Shown here in pieces: positions 49,199 through 58,987 of a DNA stretch of 64,000 nucleotides. The notes under the pieces were generated by a model that saw only the letters and a list, made by a program, of their open reading frames with translations, was not told where the DNA came from and ran no database searches. The DNA comes from Acetobacter sp. 46_36. GTDB lineage: Bacteria > Pseudomonadota > Alphaproteobacteria > RF32 > CAG-239. A program made the translations under genes and the position numbers. The first letter of the stretch is position 1. Each line of letters starts with the position of its first letter. Where the stretch lies: positions 7,751-71,750 of the forward strand of contig MNTT01000015.1 in assembly GCA_001917135.1 (NCBI GenBank). Direction: 5' to 3'.

Positions 49199-51087
49199 CC
49201 GCCGCCAAATTCATCTTCCGCAGCCTGTGGAAAGTAAAATACTATACGCTTGCCACTTTCGGGCTTTTTGCCCTTTCCCGCGTTTTCATTTATCTGGACA
49301 ATTACTGCATCGCTGCCTTGTTCGGATACGTCGGCACGCACCCCGAACAGGCTTTTTCCTCTGCTGCCCTGTCCTGGCTTGCCGTCTACGCCGCGCTCCA
49401 TTTTGGCTCAAACATTGCCGACGGCGTTCGCACCTTTTTTGAATATCGTATGGACATCCGGCTCAAAAAAAATCTCCTTGTCAGCCTGTTCCGGCAAACG
49501 CACAAACATTCCCCAGCCTATTTTGCAGCCGAAATGTCCGGAACCGTATCCGATAAAATCCTCAGTCTGGAAAACAGCACGCGCACTATCGTCTGGAGGC
49601 TCAAAGGTTTTCTGGAAGGCGTCATCGTTCCCTATGCCGTGGCTTTCCCGATTCTGTTTCAGATTAACGGCAGCCTGGCGCTTACTCTGTTCGTTTTCTG
49701 CATCGCCGTGTCAATTATAGACTATGCCCATTGCCAGAAACTTAAACCGGTTTCCCGCGACGCTGCCAAGCTCGAATCCGCCGTTTCCGGAATTATGGTA
49801 GACAGCATAGCCAACGCCCGCCTGGTCAAAAACTGTGCCGCTTTCCCACACGAACGTGCCTGCCTCGCCAAAGCCGTCAATAAATGGGTTCGCAGCTGCA
49901 TTCAAAGGGGAAAGGAAATGGGTATTTCTTTTTGCTATAATAATACGTTACTAATGGCACTTCATATAACTTCCTTATCAATCCTTATTTATTACTGGCA
50001 GATAAAAGATTTAAATCTGACCCAGACATTGATTGCCCTGACTTATATCAATCTATTAAAGACTCCTTGCTCATTCTTTGGCGAAGCTTCTATCCAATTC
50101 CAAAAAGATCTTGGTGCTGTAGAAGACGCGCTCAACCTCCTGTACAAACCGCTTGAAATAACCGACGCCCCGTACGCCCGCCGGCTTGTCCTTAAACGCT
50201 TCCCTGCGGACAAATCCGGTACCGCCGCTCCTGCTGCAAACACTCTCCATCCCGCAACCGGCACCGCCGCTCCTGCCGTAAATATATCTCTCCCCGCAAC
50301 CGACACTGCTGTCCCGGCCGCAACCCCCGCACTCCGGACCACGCCCCCTTCCATATCTTTCCAAAACGTAACTTTCTCTTACACGCCGGATAAGCCGCTA
50401 TTCTCCAATCTGAACCTGAACATTGCCGCCGGAGAAAAAGTTGGTATCGTCGGCCTTTCCGGCGCCGGAAAATCAACCCTTATCAACCTGTTGCTCCGCG
50501 CTTATGATTTGCAAAACGGCAAGATTCTCATTGCCGGACAGGATATCGCCGGCATAACCTTGTTCACACTGCACCAAAACATTTCTCTCATCGCGCAGGA
50601 GCCGGCTTTGTTTAACCGTTCAATCTTGGAAAACATCCGTTTCGCCCGCCCCAAAGCTGCTGATGAAGAAGTCCGCGCCGCCGCGCGGCTGGCCTGCATT
50701 CACGACACGATTATGCGGCTGCCTAAAGGGTACGGCAGTATCGTCGGCGACCGCGGCGTCAAACTTTCCGGCGGCGAACGCCAGCGCATCGCCATTGCTT
50801 CTGCAATCTTAAAAAACGCGCCGCTTCTTATTCTGGACGAAGCCACCTCCGCACTGGACAGCGAATCTGAAGCCGCCATCCAGCAGGCGCTGCAAAACAT
50901 TATGCAGCACAAAACCGTCATCGCCATCGCCCATCGTCTTTCCACACTTAAAAATATGGACCGGATAATTGTTCTTGACAACGGCAAAATTATCGAAGAC
51001 GGAACGCCTCACAAACTTCTCAAAAACAAAAGCGGCCTCTTTTGCCGCCTCTATAACCTGCAAATATCCGGTACTTTGCCCGTGTAA
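49195..51087 (+). CDS. ABC exporter half-transporter, partner 2, with Ala/Pro/Thr-rich repeat linker between TMD and NBD
   Basis: Walker A GLSGAGKST, LSGGERQRIAIAS and LILDEATSALD. SD GGAGAAAA before the ATG at 49195. The linker KSGTAAPAANTLHPATGTAAPAVNISLPATDTAVPAAT is encoded by 42-bp tandem repeats. Confidence 0.85.
   Translation: MTAAKFIFRSLWKVKYYTLATFGLFALSRVFIYLDNYCIAALFGYVGTHPEQAFSSAALSWLAVYAALHFGSNIADGVRTFFEYRMDIRLKKNLLVSLFRQTHKHSPAYFAAEMSGTVSDKILSLENSTRTIVWRLKGFLEGVIVPYAVAFPILFQINGSLALTLFVFCIAVSIIDYAHCQKLKPVSRDAAKLESAVSGIMVDSIANARLVKNCAAFPHERACLAKAVNKWVRSCIQRGKEMGISFCYNNTLLMALHITSLSILIYYWQIKDLNLTQTLIALTYINLLKTPCSFFGEASIQFQKDLGAVEDALNLLYKPLEITDAPYARRLVLKRFPADKSGTAAPAANTLHPATGTAAPAVNISLPATDTAVPAATPALRTTPPSISFQNVTFSYTPDKPLFSNLNLNIAAGEKVGIVGLSGAGKSTLINLLLRAYDLQNGKILIAGQDIAGITLFTLHQNISLIAQEPALFNRSILENIRFARPKAADEEVRAAARLACIHDTIMRLPKGYGSIVGDRGVKLSGGERQRIAIASAILKNAPLLILDEATSALDSESEAAIQQALQNIMQHKTVIAIAHRLSTLKNMDRIIVLDNGKIIEDGTPHKLLKNKSGLFCRLYNLQISGTLPV
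50217..50324 (+). repeat. In-frame 42-bp tandem repeat (about 2.5 copies) inside the ABC exporter gene
   Basis: ggtaccgccgctcctgctgcaaacactctccatcccgcaacc / ggcaccgccgctcctgccgtaaatatatctctccccgcaacc / gacactgctgtcccggccgcaacc. Confidence 0.6.
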
Positions 51088-51259
51088 TCTGAAACAACAG
51101 CCACGTTCTCAACACTCGTATCCTTAGAACCGCCGCATTTCCGCCCATTAAAAACCGCCATTCCGTTTCTGGCTTCTGATTCGGAAATCGCCTGTTCCCG
51201 CGGTCAGGCCATACCATCTCTCCGCTTTGGTTGCCAAACACTGCCTCTCAATAAAAAAA

Positions 51260-53530
51260 TCACATTTCCGCCCCGCCCTTAACAGGCACGGCCGGCACCG
51301 GCTGCAAAGGCTGGCGTTCTTTTTTCTCCGGCAAATCCTTTCCCGTTTTAACGCGTTCGCTCTTAAGCGCGTTTTTACGCACACCGACATACGCCCGCTT
51401 ATGCGCTTCCAAGAGTCTGCGTTTTTCTGCCCTTTCGGCATCGCTCAAAATTCTGCCGCCGGCTTCCCCATTCAAAAGCTCGGCCGCTTCCTGCATCGGA
51501 TTGGCTCCATTGATGCTCATATTATATAGCCGACGTTTGGTTTTAATATCCTCTTTGGTCAGGAACGAACGCAGAAACTCATTTGATTTTATCAAATCCT
51601 GCGGTTTCCCGTCCGCTGAGATTTTCCCTTTTTCCACCACAACCACCCGGTCGGAAAGAGCTACTTCCGCCGGATTATGCGTAACCATAATGACCGTTTT
51701 TTCCTTTGCCATATCTTTCAACGCTTTCATAACTTTCAGGCTGAGCTGCCCGTCAAGTCCTATCGTCGGTTCGTCCATAATAACAATCGGCTTGTCTGTC
51801 AAAAAAGCGCGCGCCAAAGCCAGACGCTGCTGCTGCCCGCCCGAAAGTTTAGCTCCGTCTTGTCCGATTCTATGCGAGAGGCCGTCTTTAAACTTTTCGA
51901 CGTCTTTGTCAAACCCGGCTTTGCGGCAGGCTTCCATCAGTTCTTCTTCCGTCGCTCCGGGCTTAAAATATTTAAGGTTATACCCCACCGTATCGTCAAA
52001 GAAGTGAACCTTCTGATCAACAAACGTTATCTGTGCGTTCAGCTCCCGGTCGGAAAGTTCGCGTATTTCTTTATCGCCGATAAATATTTTCCCCTCCTGC
52101 ACATCATAATCATGCCGTATCAGGCTCATCAGCGTTGATTTTCCGTTGCCAGAAGTTCCGACCACTGCCGTCAAACCGCCTTTGTCAAACTCAACACTCA
52201 TATTTTTGAGGACACTCTCCGTCCGCCTGATTTCGCCGTTTCTGTCCATTGCCTCAACCAGGCTCATATCCGTAACGTCCTTAATCAGCGGATACGCAAA
52301 ACTGACATTCTGTACGCTGATTTTAGTATCTCGTTCCGACAGTTTCTCATTGCCTGTAACGCGTTCCAGTTCTTTTGGCGTAATCAGCTTTTTAGATGCG
52401 TCAATCAAGCGGTGCGTTCCGGCCTGCATTTCATTCCACAGCTCAGACAGCATACTGCCCGACATCATCATCTGCCAGGATGCCGAGCTGATAAGGGCAA
52501 ACCGCCCGATATCCCCGGTCTTGACCACATCGGCAAACGCCGCCGCCATAATCAGCCCCTCCATTCCGATACTGATTGCCGTCTGCATTTTCAGATACGC
52601 CTTGCTTTTTTCATAAGTGATTTTCTGCGTAATCCCTGAAGAATGGTCAAGCCTGCTGCGCATCAGCCGCGTTTCCTCCTCAACCCGGTTTGTATCCTGA
52701 ACCAGCGGCGTATTTTTAATTGAATCGCTGTTGTCTTTCCTGATACGGTTGCCAAACGAACGCATTTTGCTGTTTAATTTCCGGTAGGCATTATTCATAA
52801 ACCCGCCGAATTCCGCAGTTACTGCTGTTACGCCGAGAACACCCGCCGCCAGCATCGGATCAACAGCCAGCAGGCTGGCGGAACTGATACCGAATATGAC
52901 CGCTTTTGACAAACACTCAACCGAGGTATTCAAAAGCGTATTCTTCGCCGAAGCAATTTCCCCGGTAATTCCGCCTAACGCCGCCGGAGCATTATCTTTA
53001 AAATACGGACGCGGCTTATGCAAAATATTTTCATAAATGGAACTGGACGCAGCATTGGCGTGCGTATCATTCAAAACAATCGACGCCATTTTTGCCTTAA
53101 ACCGGCAAAAGTTAGACAGCCTTTTGCGAGTAATCTCCAAAACCGCAGCGCCAAAAAACTTTGCCGCCGCGCCGCCCGTACCATTGACCAGCCCCGGCAG
53201 CGAACCGAACAGCAGATTCTGGCAATAAGGATTTAACCCGGCAAAAACCGACTCTCCCATCTTAAACCCGACTGACTTCTTGAAATCCTTTCCGGTTTTG
53301 TTCCAGGCCTCCTGAAAAACACCCCATACCGTTTTAAGCGTTCCCTGTTCTTTGGCTTTTTTCTCCGCGTCATCCAAAACGTCTCCGGCATTTCCCTCTG
53401 TTCTGTTCCCGGACTCTTCAGTTTTTTTCAGTTTCAGCACTGCTTTGCGCGCTTGTCTGGCCAGTTCCAGCAGCCGTTTCCGTTCATACTCCGCGAAATT
53501 GGGAATTTTATTGTCTTTTTCTTTTGCCAT
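51260..53530 (-). CDS. ABC exporter (TMD + C-terminal NBD) with about 120-aa charged N-terminal extension; paralog of the 56843 gene
   Basis: Walker A GTSGNGKST, signature LSGGQQQRLALARAF and Walker B IVIMDEPT. TMD similarity to the 56843 ORF (ADVVKTGDIGRFALIS vs ADIIKTGDIGRLALIS). Start set at MAKEKDN with SD GGAGA. The six-frame ORF runs to 53626. Confidence 0.8.
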   Translation of the reverse strand: MAKEKDNKIPNFAEYERKRLLELARQARKAVLKLKKTEESGNRTEGNAGDVLDDAEKKAKEQGTLKTVWGVFQEAWNKTGKDFKKSVGFKMGESVFAGLNPYCQNLLFGSLPGLVNGTGGAAAKFFGAAVLEITRKRLSNFCRFKAKMASIVLNDTHANAASSSIYENILHKPRPYFKDNAPAALGGITGEIASAKNTLLNTSVECLSKAVIFGISSASLLAVDPMLAAGVLGVTAVTAEFGGFMNNAYRKLNSKMRSFGNRIRKDNSDSIKNTPLVQDTNRVEEETRLMRSRLDHSSGITQKITYEKSKAYLKMQTAISIGMEGLIMAAAFADVVKTGDIGRFALISSASWQMMMSGSMLSELWNEMQAGTHRLIDASKKLITPKELERVTGNEKLSERDTKISVQNVSFAYPLIKDVTDMSLVEAMDRNGEIRRTESVLKNMSVEFDKGGLTAVVGTSGNGKSTLMSLIRHDYDVQEGKIFIGDKEIRELSDRELNAQITFVDQKVHFFDDTVGYNLKYFKPGATEEELMEACRKAGFDKDVEKFKDGLSHRIGQDGAKLSGGQQQRLALARAFLTDKPIVIMDEPTIGLDGQLSLKVMKALKDMAKEKTVIMVTHNPAEVALSDRVVVVEKGKISADGKPQDLIKSNEFLRSFLTKEDIKTKRRLYNMSINGANPMQEAAELLNGEAGGRILSDAERAEKRRLLEAHKRAYVGVRKNALKSERVKTGKDLPEKKERQPLQPVPAVPVKGGAEM

Positions 53531-53755
53531 TGCCAAATCTCCGTTTTCCCATACAAAAATGATACCATAAAATTTGCACGGTGTCCAGCATAAATCTTTA
53601 TGCCGAAAGCACGCCGTACCCGGCACTTCTCCGATTTAAAAACCGCACCGTGCCCATACAGCCCCGTCAATATTTATCATAGTTAATATGACTTTTCCTG
53701 TTCATTGCTTGTTTACGGAGATAATACAAAAAAACGGCGCCGACGCCGCAAAAAA

Positions 53756-53989
53756 TCACCAGTAAATCGGAGGCAGGGCTGTCATTCTGCCGACTGTCCC
53801 GTCGACAACGCCGGCTCGCGAATTACGATAACCGCTGCGCAATGCCCGCTGCTCCACAAAATACATATCCGTTCCGCAGTTATGGCCGAATGTGCTCTCT
53901 TTATAAACACAGGGTCGGATTGACTGGTAATACAACATACTGCGCCGCCTTAAATGCTTTGCATCCAACAAGTCTGACCTGTCTAACAT
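53756..53989 (-). CDS. Small Cys-containing protein (77 aa) with near-consensus Shine-Dalgarno, immediately upstream of the ABC exporter
   Basis: GAGGAGGAGATATG (AGGAGG 4 nt before the ATG). Product MLDRSDLLDAKHLRRRSMLYYQSIRPCVYKESTFGHNCGTDMYFVEQRALRSGYRNSRAGVVDGTVGRMTALPPIYW. Preceded by about 190 bp of AT-rich DNA. No homolog recognised. Confidence 0.4.
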   Translation of the reverse strand: MLDRSDLLDAKHLRRRSMLYYQSIRPCVYKESTFGHNCGTDMYFVEQRALRSGYRNSRAGVVDGTVGRMTALPPIYW

Positions 53990-54183
53990 ATCTCCTCCTC
54001 TAGAATAAATTCTAAAAAAATTAACATATCGATTACATCTTATACTAAAAATTGAATAAATCAATAAATATTTTATTTAAAATAAAAAATCACCTAATTT
54101 TATCGCCTTTTTTAGAAATTCTACACCGCCTAAACCATAAAAATAAGGGACGACTTTCGTCATCCCTTATCATACGTTCCTGT

Positions 54184-55773
54184 TTACATCTCATCGCCGT
54201 GGCCTTCCTTCGGTTCCTCATCTTTTACAAAGCTTTTAAGAGAAAGTGCGTTCTCTTTGATTTTGCTTTGTAAAATAGCCAGGTACTGCTCGCGGGTCAA
54301 ACCCCATTTACGGGCATAAGCACCGACCAGTTCAAACAAGTTTCCCTTGTCATCGCTGTATTTAAACTCCTTATTAAGCATATACAAAAATGTTGCATCC
54401 GCAATTTTGTATTTGTCAATATAAAGAAGTTTATACTTTTGGCAGCGAAAATCCAACGAAAACAACACACCTTCGGCCGCCGGGCACAGATGGTACTCTA
54501 CGGCAGTAAAAGCATCTGCCCGAACTGCCGCAATCTGCGCTCTGGCTTCCATAATGTCAGCCGCGGCTTTTTGCAAAACATGCGTCAGCTCATTCAACCG
54601 TTGTACCGGAATCATATCACCGCTGGCCAGAACGGCAAGCGCATTTTTCGCCAGCTTTTCATCCCAGCCCGCAAACGGAAATTGATTCCGCAAAAACGTC
54701 GATACGCCGCACTCCACCAACTTCTCACGAAGCTTTGTCCGATATGCCTCCTCACCGCAATTCATCAATATGTCAACATCATGCGCCAATTTAACATTAT
54801 CAGCCATTAAGCCAAACAACTGGCTGTAAGCCTCAGAAGACAACAGTTTTTTCAACTGCGCCAAAGAAGATAAGATACAACCGTATATCCGTGCATCACT
54901 CAACCGGCAGACACCGATTGAGAGCCACGCATATGCGTCGGCATAATCGTCCAAATTTCCGCTTAGTGCTACCCCATAAAGGTTTTTCACTTCGGCATGA
55001 CCGTCCAGATGCTTGCGCAGCTGTGGAAACATCATGCAAAAATACGCTGAAAAATCACTATACAGATAGTAATTTTCTCGCACTTTTGCATATAATTCCG
55101 GAAAGAACACCGCCATATACGGCATCAATTCCGCAATATCTTCCTTTGCTTCAAATGCCCGGTTGAAAAAGAGTTCAAAATACTCCCTTCCAATCTCGCC
55201 CAGCTTTTGCGGAACAATCTTTCGCAACTCAAGCATAAACTTGGGCGCCCAAGACGATTTCGCACAAACAAGAGCTTCCGCAAACGCCCAGCGTCTGTCA
55301 TCGGCAACCGGAGCAGCTTCTTTTTCTCCAACGCCAAGAACTTCCCACGGCGCCAGAGAATCAAAAGCTGACGGCACAGCCTTAACCAAATCCAGTGCTT
55401 CCAGCCCGTATTGGTGCAGCAAACGAAGCATACCCGCCTTGTTTGGCGTATAATACTTCATTGCTTGCGCCACACGGTTGATATCCGCCGAAGCAGCAAT
55501 GGTTTCAAACTCGCGTTCCGTACGGATTTCTGCCAACAAAGCGTACTCTCCCTTCCGGAAAAGCTCAATCTTCGTATCCAAAGACCAAACTCTTTCGCGA
55601 AGTTCGTCTGCACTCAACCCCAGCTTGTCAATCAACTGAAGCTGTTTTTGTACACTGGGAAGATACAATTCTGCATTTGAATTGCTCTTTTTGGTGAAAC
55701 ACTTTACCGCCATTTGCGGAAAAAACACTCTCAAAACAGCGGCAAAAAACCGCACAAATAAATTTGTTTTCAT
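54184..55773 (-). CDS. Hypothetical all-alpha protein (529 aa), no recognisable domain
   Basis: Long uninterrupted ORF with a coherent codon pattern. Flanked by AT-rich spacers. No signal peptide and no SD at the annotated start, so the start is uncertain. Confidence 0.55.
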   Translation of the reverse strand: MKTNLFVRFFAAVLRVFFPQMAVKCFTKKSNSNAELYLPSVQKQLQLIDKLGLSADELRERVWSLDTKIELFRKGEYALLAEIRTEREFETIAASADINRVAQAMKYYTPNKAGMLRLLHQYGLEALDLVKAVPSAFDSLAPWEVLGVGEKEAAPVADDRRWAFAEALVCAKSSWAPKFMLELRKIVPQKLGEIGREYFELFFNRAFEAKEDIAELMPYMAVFFPELYAKVRENYYLYSDFSAYFCMMFPQLRKHLDGHAEVKNLYGVALSGNLDDYADAYAWLSIGVCRLSDARIYGCILSSLAQLKKLLSSEAYSQLFGLMADNVKLAHDVDILMNCGEEAYRTKLREKLVECGVSTFLRNQFPFAGWDEKLAKNALAVLASGDMIPVQRLNELTHVLQKAAADIMEARAQIAAVRADAFTAVEYHLCPAAEGVLFSLDFRCQKYKLLYIDKYKIADATFLYMLNKEFKYSDDKGNLFELVGAYARKWGLTREQYLAILQSKIKENALSLKSFVKDEEPKEGHGDEM

Positions 55774-56122
55774 AACGAAAAAAAATTAAATTAAGAAATA
55801 CATTAAGAAGATTTTCCCCTTAACGGCTCACCAGATTAAAGTGCCAAAACCCGAATTTTCCCCAAAGCAATGAGCTCTAAAGAACGGTATTCAAATCTAT
55901 AGGAACAATAATATGGTAAACAAGATAAATATACCATATTTTTCACCTCTAGTCAACCCCGATTCGTTTAAAAGATTCTGCCGGTCTCACAGGTAACACC
56001 GAAACCGAAAACCCTGGCTTTAATCTCCTTCCAAACCCTTTGGCTCACCTCCGCGCCGCTATTTCGTACGTTGTATGCCGAAATTTTCTCTCCGACACTA
56101 AACGCCTTATCCTCCCTCGCCG

Positions 56123-56806
56123 CTATTTCGTGCGTTCCAGATAATCCTCCAGATACGCCTGCCATTCCGGCACCCGTACCTCGGCAAAAAACTCTTGCAA
56201 AAATTCTGCCATAAACGCATGGCGCCTTTCCGCCTCGCGTTTTCCTGCCGCCGTCCGCATCGCTCCTTTAAGTTTCAGCAGCTTGTCGAAAAAATGGTTT
56301 ATGGAATGGTTGCCGGCACGGCTTTTGTCTTTATATTCCGCCGCCGTCAGATTTTCTTTCGGAAATTCCGCTTCATCAAAAAGTTTTCTTCCCGTCGCCG
56401 CCGAATACATAACTGTCCGGCAGACGCCGACCGCTCCCATTGCATCTAGTTTGTCCGCATCGGAAACGACCGCTTGTTCAATCATCTCAAATTGCGGCCT
56501 GCTGCCCGACTTTGAAAAACCGATGGCGTTTGTAACCGCCAAAACCTTTTCCCGTACATCGTCCGCCGCACCGGCTTCCCGCAGAAAACCATCCGCCCTC
56601 GCTTCTCCGTTATTCAGTTTATAATCGTCAACATCATGCAAGATTGCCGCCAGCCGCACAATCTCAACATCAGCCTCCGACGTTTCCGCCGCTATCTTCT
56701 CCGCATTTGTCAAAACCCGCCGGATATGCTCAAAATCATGTCCGGAACTGTCGCCGTCATGGCACACCTTTGCAAATATTAAAGCCTTTTCCACAATTCC
56801 GGACAT
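56123..56806 (-). CDS. HD-domain phosphohydrolase
   Basis: 227 aa. H...HD motif (VCHDGDSSGHDFEHIRRV) and a downstream conserved D (AAILHDVDDYK). Strong SD TAAAGGAGAAT before the ATG at 56806. Confidence 0.8.
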   Translation of the reverse strand: MSGIVEKALIFAKVCHDGDSSGHDFEHIRRVLTNAEKIAAETSEADVEIVRLAAILHDVDDYKLNNGEARADGFLREAGAADDVREKVLAVTNAIGFSKSGSRPQFEMIEQAVVSDADKLDAMGAVGVCRTVMYSAATGRKLFDEAEFPKENLTAAEYKDKSRAGNHSINHFFDKLLKLKGAMRTAAGKREAERRHAFMAEFLQEFFAEVRVPEWQAYLEDYLERTK

Positions 56807-56842
56807 TTGATTCTCCTTTATATCAAAAAATACCAAAAAAGA

Positions 56843-58792
56843 TTAGGCTGTTTTCCGACAATGCGCAACAAATAATTCCTTTTTGCTCAATATATCCTGC
56901 CTTGTCATCGCTGATTTCAGGAAGCCCGTATTCTCTATTAAATTAAGCGGTTCTCCGTCTGCAACAATATGCTTGCCTTTAATAATCAGTACCCTGTCTG
57001 CCAATGCAATTTCCGTCGGATTATGCGTAACCAATAACACCGTTTTGTCTGTAGCCAGTTCTTTCAAAGCCTTCATTATCTGGAAACTCATAACCTGATC
57101 CAGCCCCGTCGTCGGTTCATCCATAATCACAATCGGGCGATTTGTTAAAAATGTCCGAGCCAATGCCAACCTCTGCCGCTGCCCGCCCGAAAGCTTATTT
57201 CCGTTAATGCCGATTTTATAATCAAGTCCGCCCTCAAAGTGAGCAATATCTTCCGTCAATCCCGCAGCGTCCAATACCTCTCTTATCCGCTTTTCATCTG
57301 TAACATCGCTAAAATAAGTCAAATTGCGCCGAACAGAGGTATCAAAAAAGCGGACATTCTGACCGATAAAGGCAATATGTCTGTTGATTTCCTCATCCGA
57401 CAAATCACAAACATTTTGTGTTCCGATAAAAACTTCGCCCTGTTGCACATCATAATCGTGCCGAATAATCCTCATCAACGTCGATTTACCTTGTCCGCTT
57501 GTTCCAGCAACAACCGTTACCCCGCCGGCCCGCACGTCAAGAGTTACATTTTCCAAAACCGTATTTCCATATTTAACCTCAGTCAAAAAGCCGACATCTT
57601 CCAGACGTTTAAGCGCTGGATATGCAAAACTGACATTTTCCAGGCGAATAAAATTATCTGCCGCGCTTAGCCGATTATTCCCCGTAACCCTTTCTAAAAC
57701 TTTGGGAAGCTGCATGCGTTTTCTAATATCGGCAATCTTATTTTTATACTCATCAATGCTAAGGTAAGAACGAAGCAATGTCTCGCAACGTATTTTCATT
57801 TGCACTGCCGCACCGGAAATTAAAGCCAATCGTCCGATATCGCCGGTTTTAATAATATCGGCAATCGCCACATAACAAACCGCAACAGCCCCAACAGCTT
57901 CCAAAACCAGATAAAAGCTTTTTTCCCCTATCCGTCTGTTACAATACTTCAGTCTTTTTAAAGCAGAACTTTTCATAAGCTTGGCATAAATCCGCCCACT
58001 TTCTTTTTCTACTTTATTTGCGCTTTGCACTAAAGAAGCCTGCCCGCTGACATCTCCTGTCTCCCGGGAAATTTTCTGCGAAAATAATCTAAACCTTTCG
58101 TCAACCGTTCTGAAAAACTTATTGTTATAGAGAACAAACTCCATGGAAATAAGCTGTAACAACACCATAAACAAAGCCAGCTGCGGAACAATGGCAAACA
58201 AACTAAACGTACAGATAACGAAAGTTATTGCTTCTCTAAAACATTGCAACAATTCATTTAAAACAGAACGTTTATATTGAAAAATTTCCTTTGCAAAAGA
58301 CAACATTGACTCAACACTGTTAACCACAAACAGTGCCCTCGGTTTATGCAAAATCTCAACATAGTTTTTCGCCTGTAAAGCATTATCATACAAATCCGTC
58401 ATTTCACTTTTGAAAAATCCCGAGTACATGAAAAAAACAGACCACAAATACCCGTTAATTTCACTTAATGCCATAAATATGGAAAAAATAACAATCGCTT
58501 CTGTCGTTCCACTCAAAAGTTCAGGCAGCTCTCCCATATAAAGCATTCGCAAATAAGGGGCTATCCCACTTGAAATGCCACATACCGCAGATACCAATAA
58601 TAACTTCTTTAACGGTTTAAGCGCATATATTTTAAGTTCACCCAAAATCTCTCCGATAGTCTCCCGTATCGAAACATCATCACTATTCTTCCGCTCTGCC
58701 GTTTCCTTTCTCCCCCCCAATAAAAATTTAATTCTCAGAACTTCAAACTTAACAAAATTATACTTTTCACGAAAAACAGCCTGTTCTTGCAT
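56843..58792 (-). CDS. ABC exporter (TMD + C-terminal NBD), paralog of the 51260 gene
   Basis: Walker A GTSGQGKST, signature LSGGQRQRLALARTF and Walker B IVIMDEPTTGLD. SD GGAGGA before the ATG at 58792. No C39 peptidase domain. Confidence 0.8.
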   Translation of the reverse strand: MQEQAVFREKYNFVKFEVLRIKFLLGGRKETAERKNSDDVSIRETIGEILGELKIYALKPLKKLLLVSAVCGISSGIAPYLRMLYMGELPELLSGTTEAIVIFSIFMALSEINGYLWSVFFMYSGFFKSEMTDLYDNALQAKNYVEILHKPRALFVVNSVESMLSFAKEIFQYKRSVLNELLQCFREAITFVICTFSLFAIVPQLALFMVLLQLISMEFVLYNNKFFRTVDERFRLFSQKISRETGDVSGQASLVQSANKVEKESGRIYAKLMKSSALKRLKYCNRRIGEKSFYLVLEAVGAVAVCYVAIADIIKTGDIGRLALISGAAVQMKIRCETLLRSYLSIDEYKNKIADIRKRMQLPKVLERVTGNNRLSAADNFIRLENVSFAYPALKRLEDVGFLTEVKYGNTVLENVTLDVRAGGVTVVAGTSGQGKSTLMRIIRHDYDVQQGEVFIGTQNVCDLSDEEINRHIAFIGQNVRFFDTSVRRNLTYFSDVTDEKRIREVLDAAGLTEDIAHFEGGLDYKIGINGNKLSGGQRQRLALARTFLTNRPIVIMDEPTTGLDQVMSFQIMKALKELATDKTVLLVTHNPTEIALADRVLIIKGKHIVADGEPLNLIENTGFLKSAMTRQDILSKKELFVAHCRKTA

Positions 58793-58987
58793 AAAAAAGT
58801 CCTCCAAAATTTGCGAGAACCTTAAAATACGCAAAAATAAGCAGAAAAATCAATAACTTATTTTAACAAAACCGCAAATAAAAAACTTGACAAAAAAATA
58901 TACTTCTTTATAATAAAAGACATAAAGCAAGGGAGCGGTACTTCGCTCCCTTTTTGTGTGCCTCAACACCGGTTCTGAGCGTATTTT

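Noticed and set aside
53705-53923. 72-aa plus-strand ORF rich in Arg/Lys (KKRRRRRKK)
   Set aside because: No RBS, and it overlaps the minus-strand small ORF that has a consensus SD. The poly-basic run comes from an A-rich tract.
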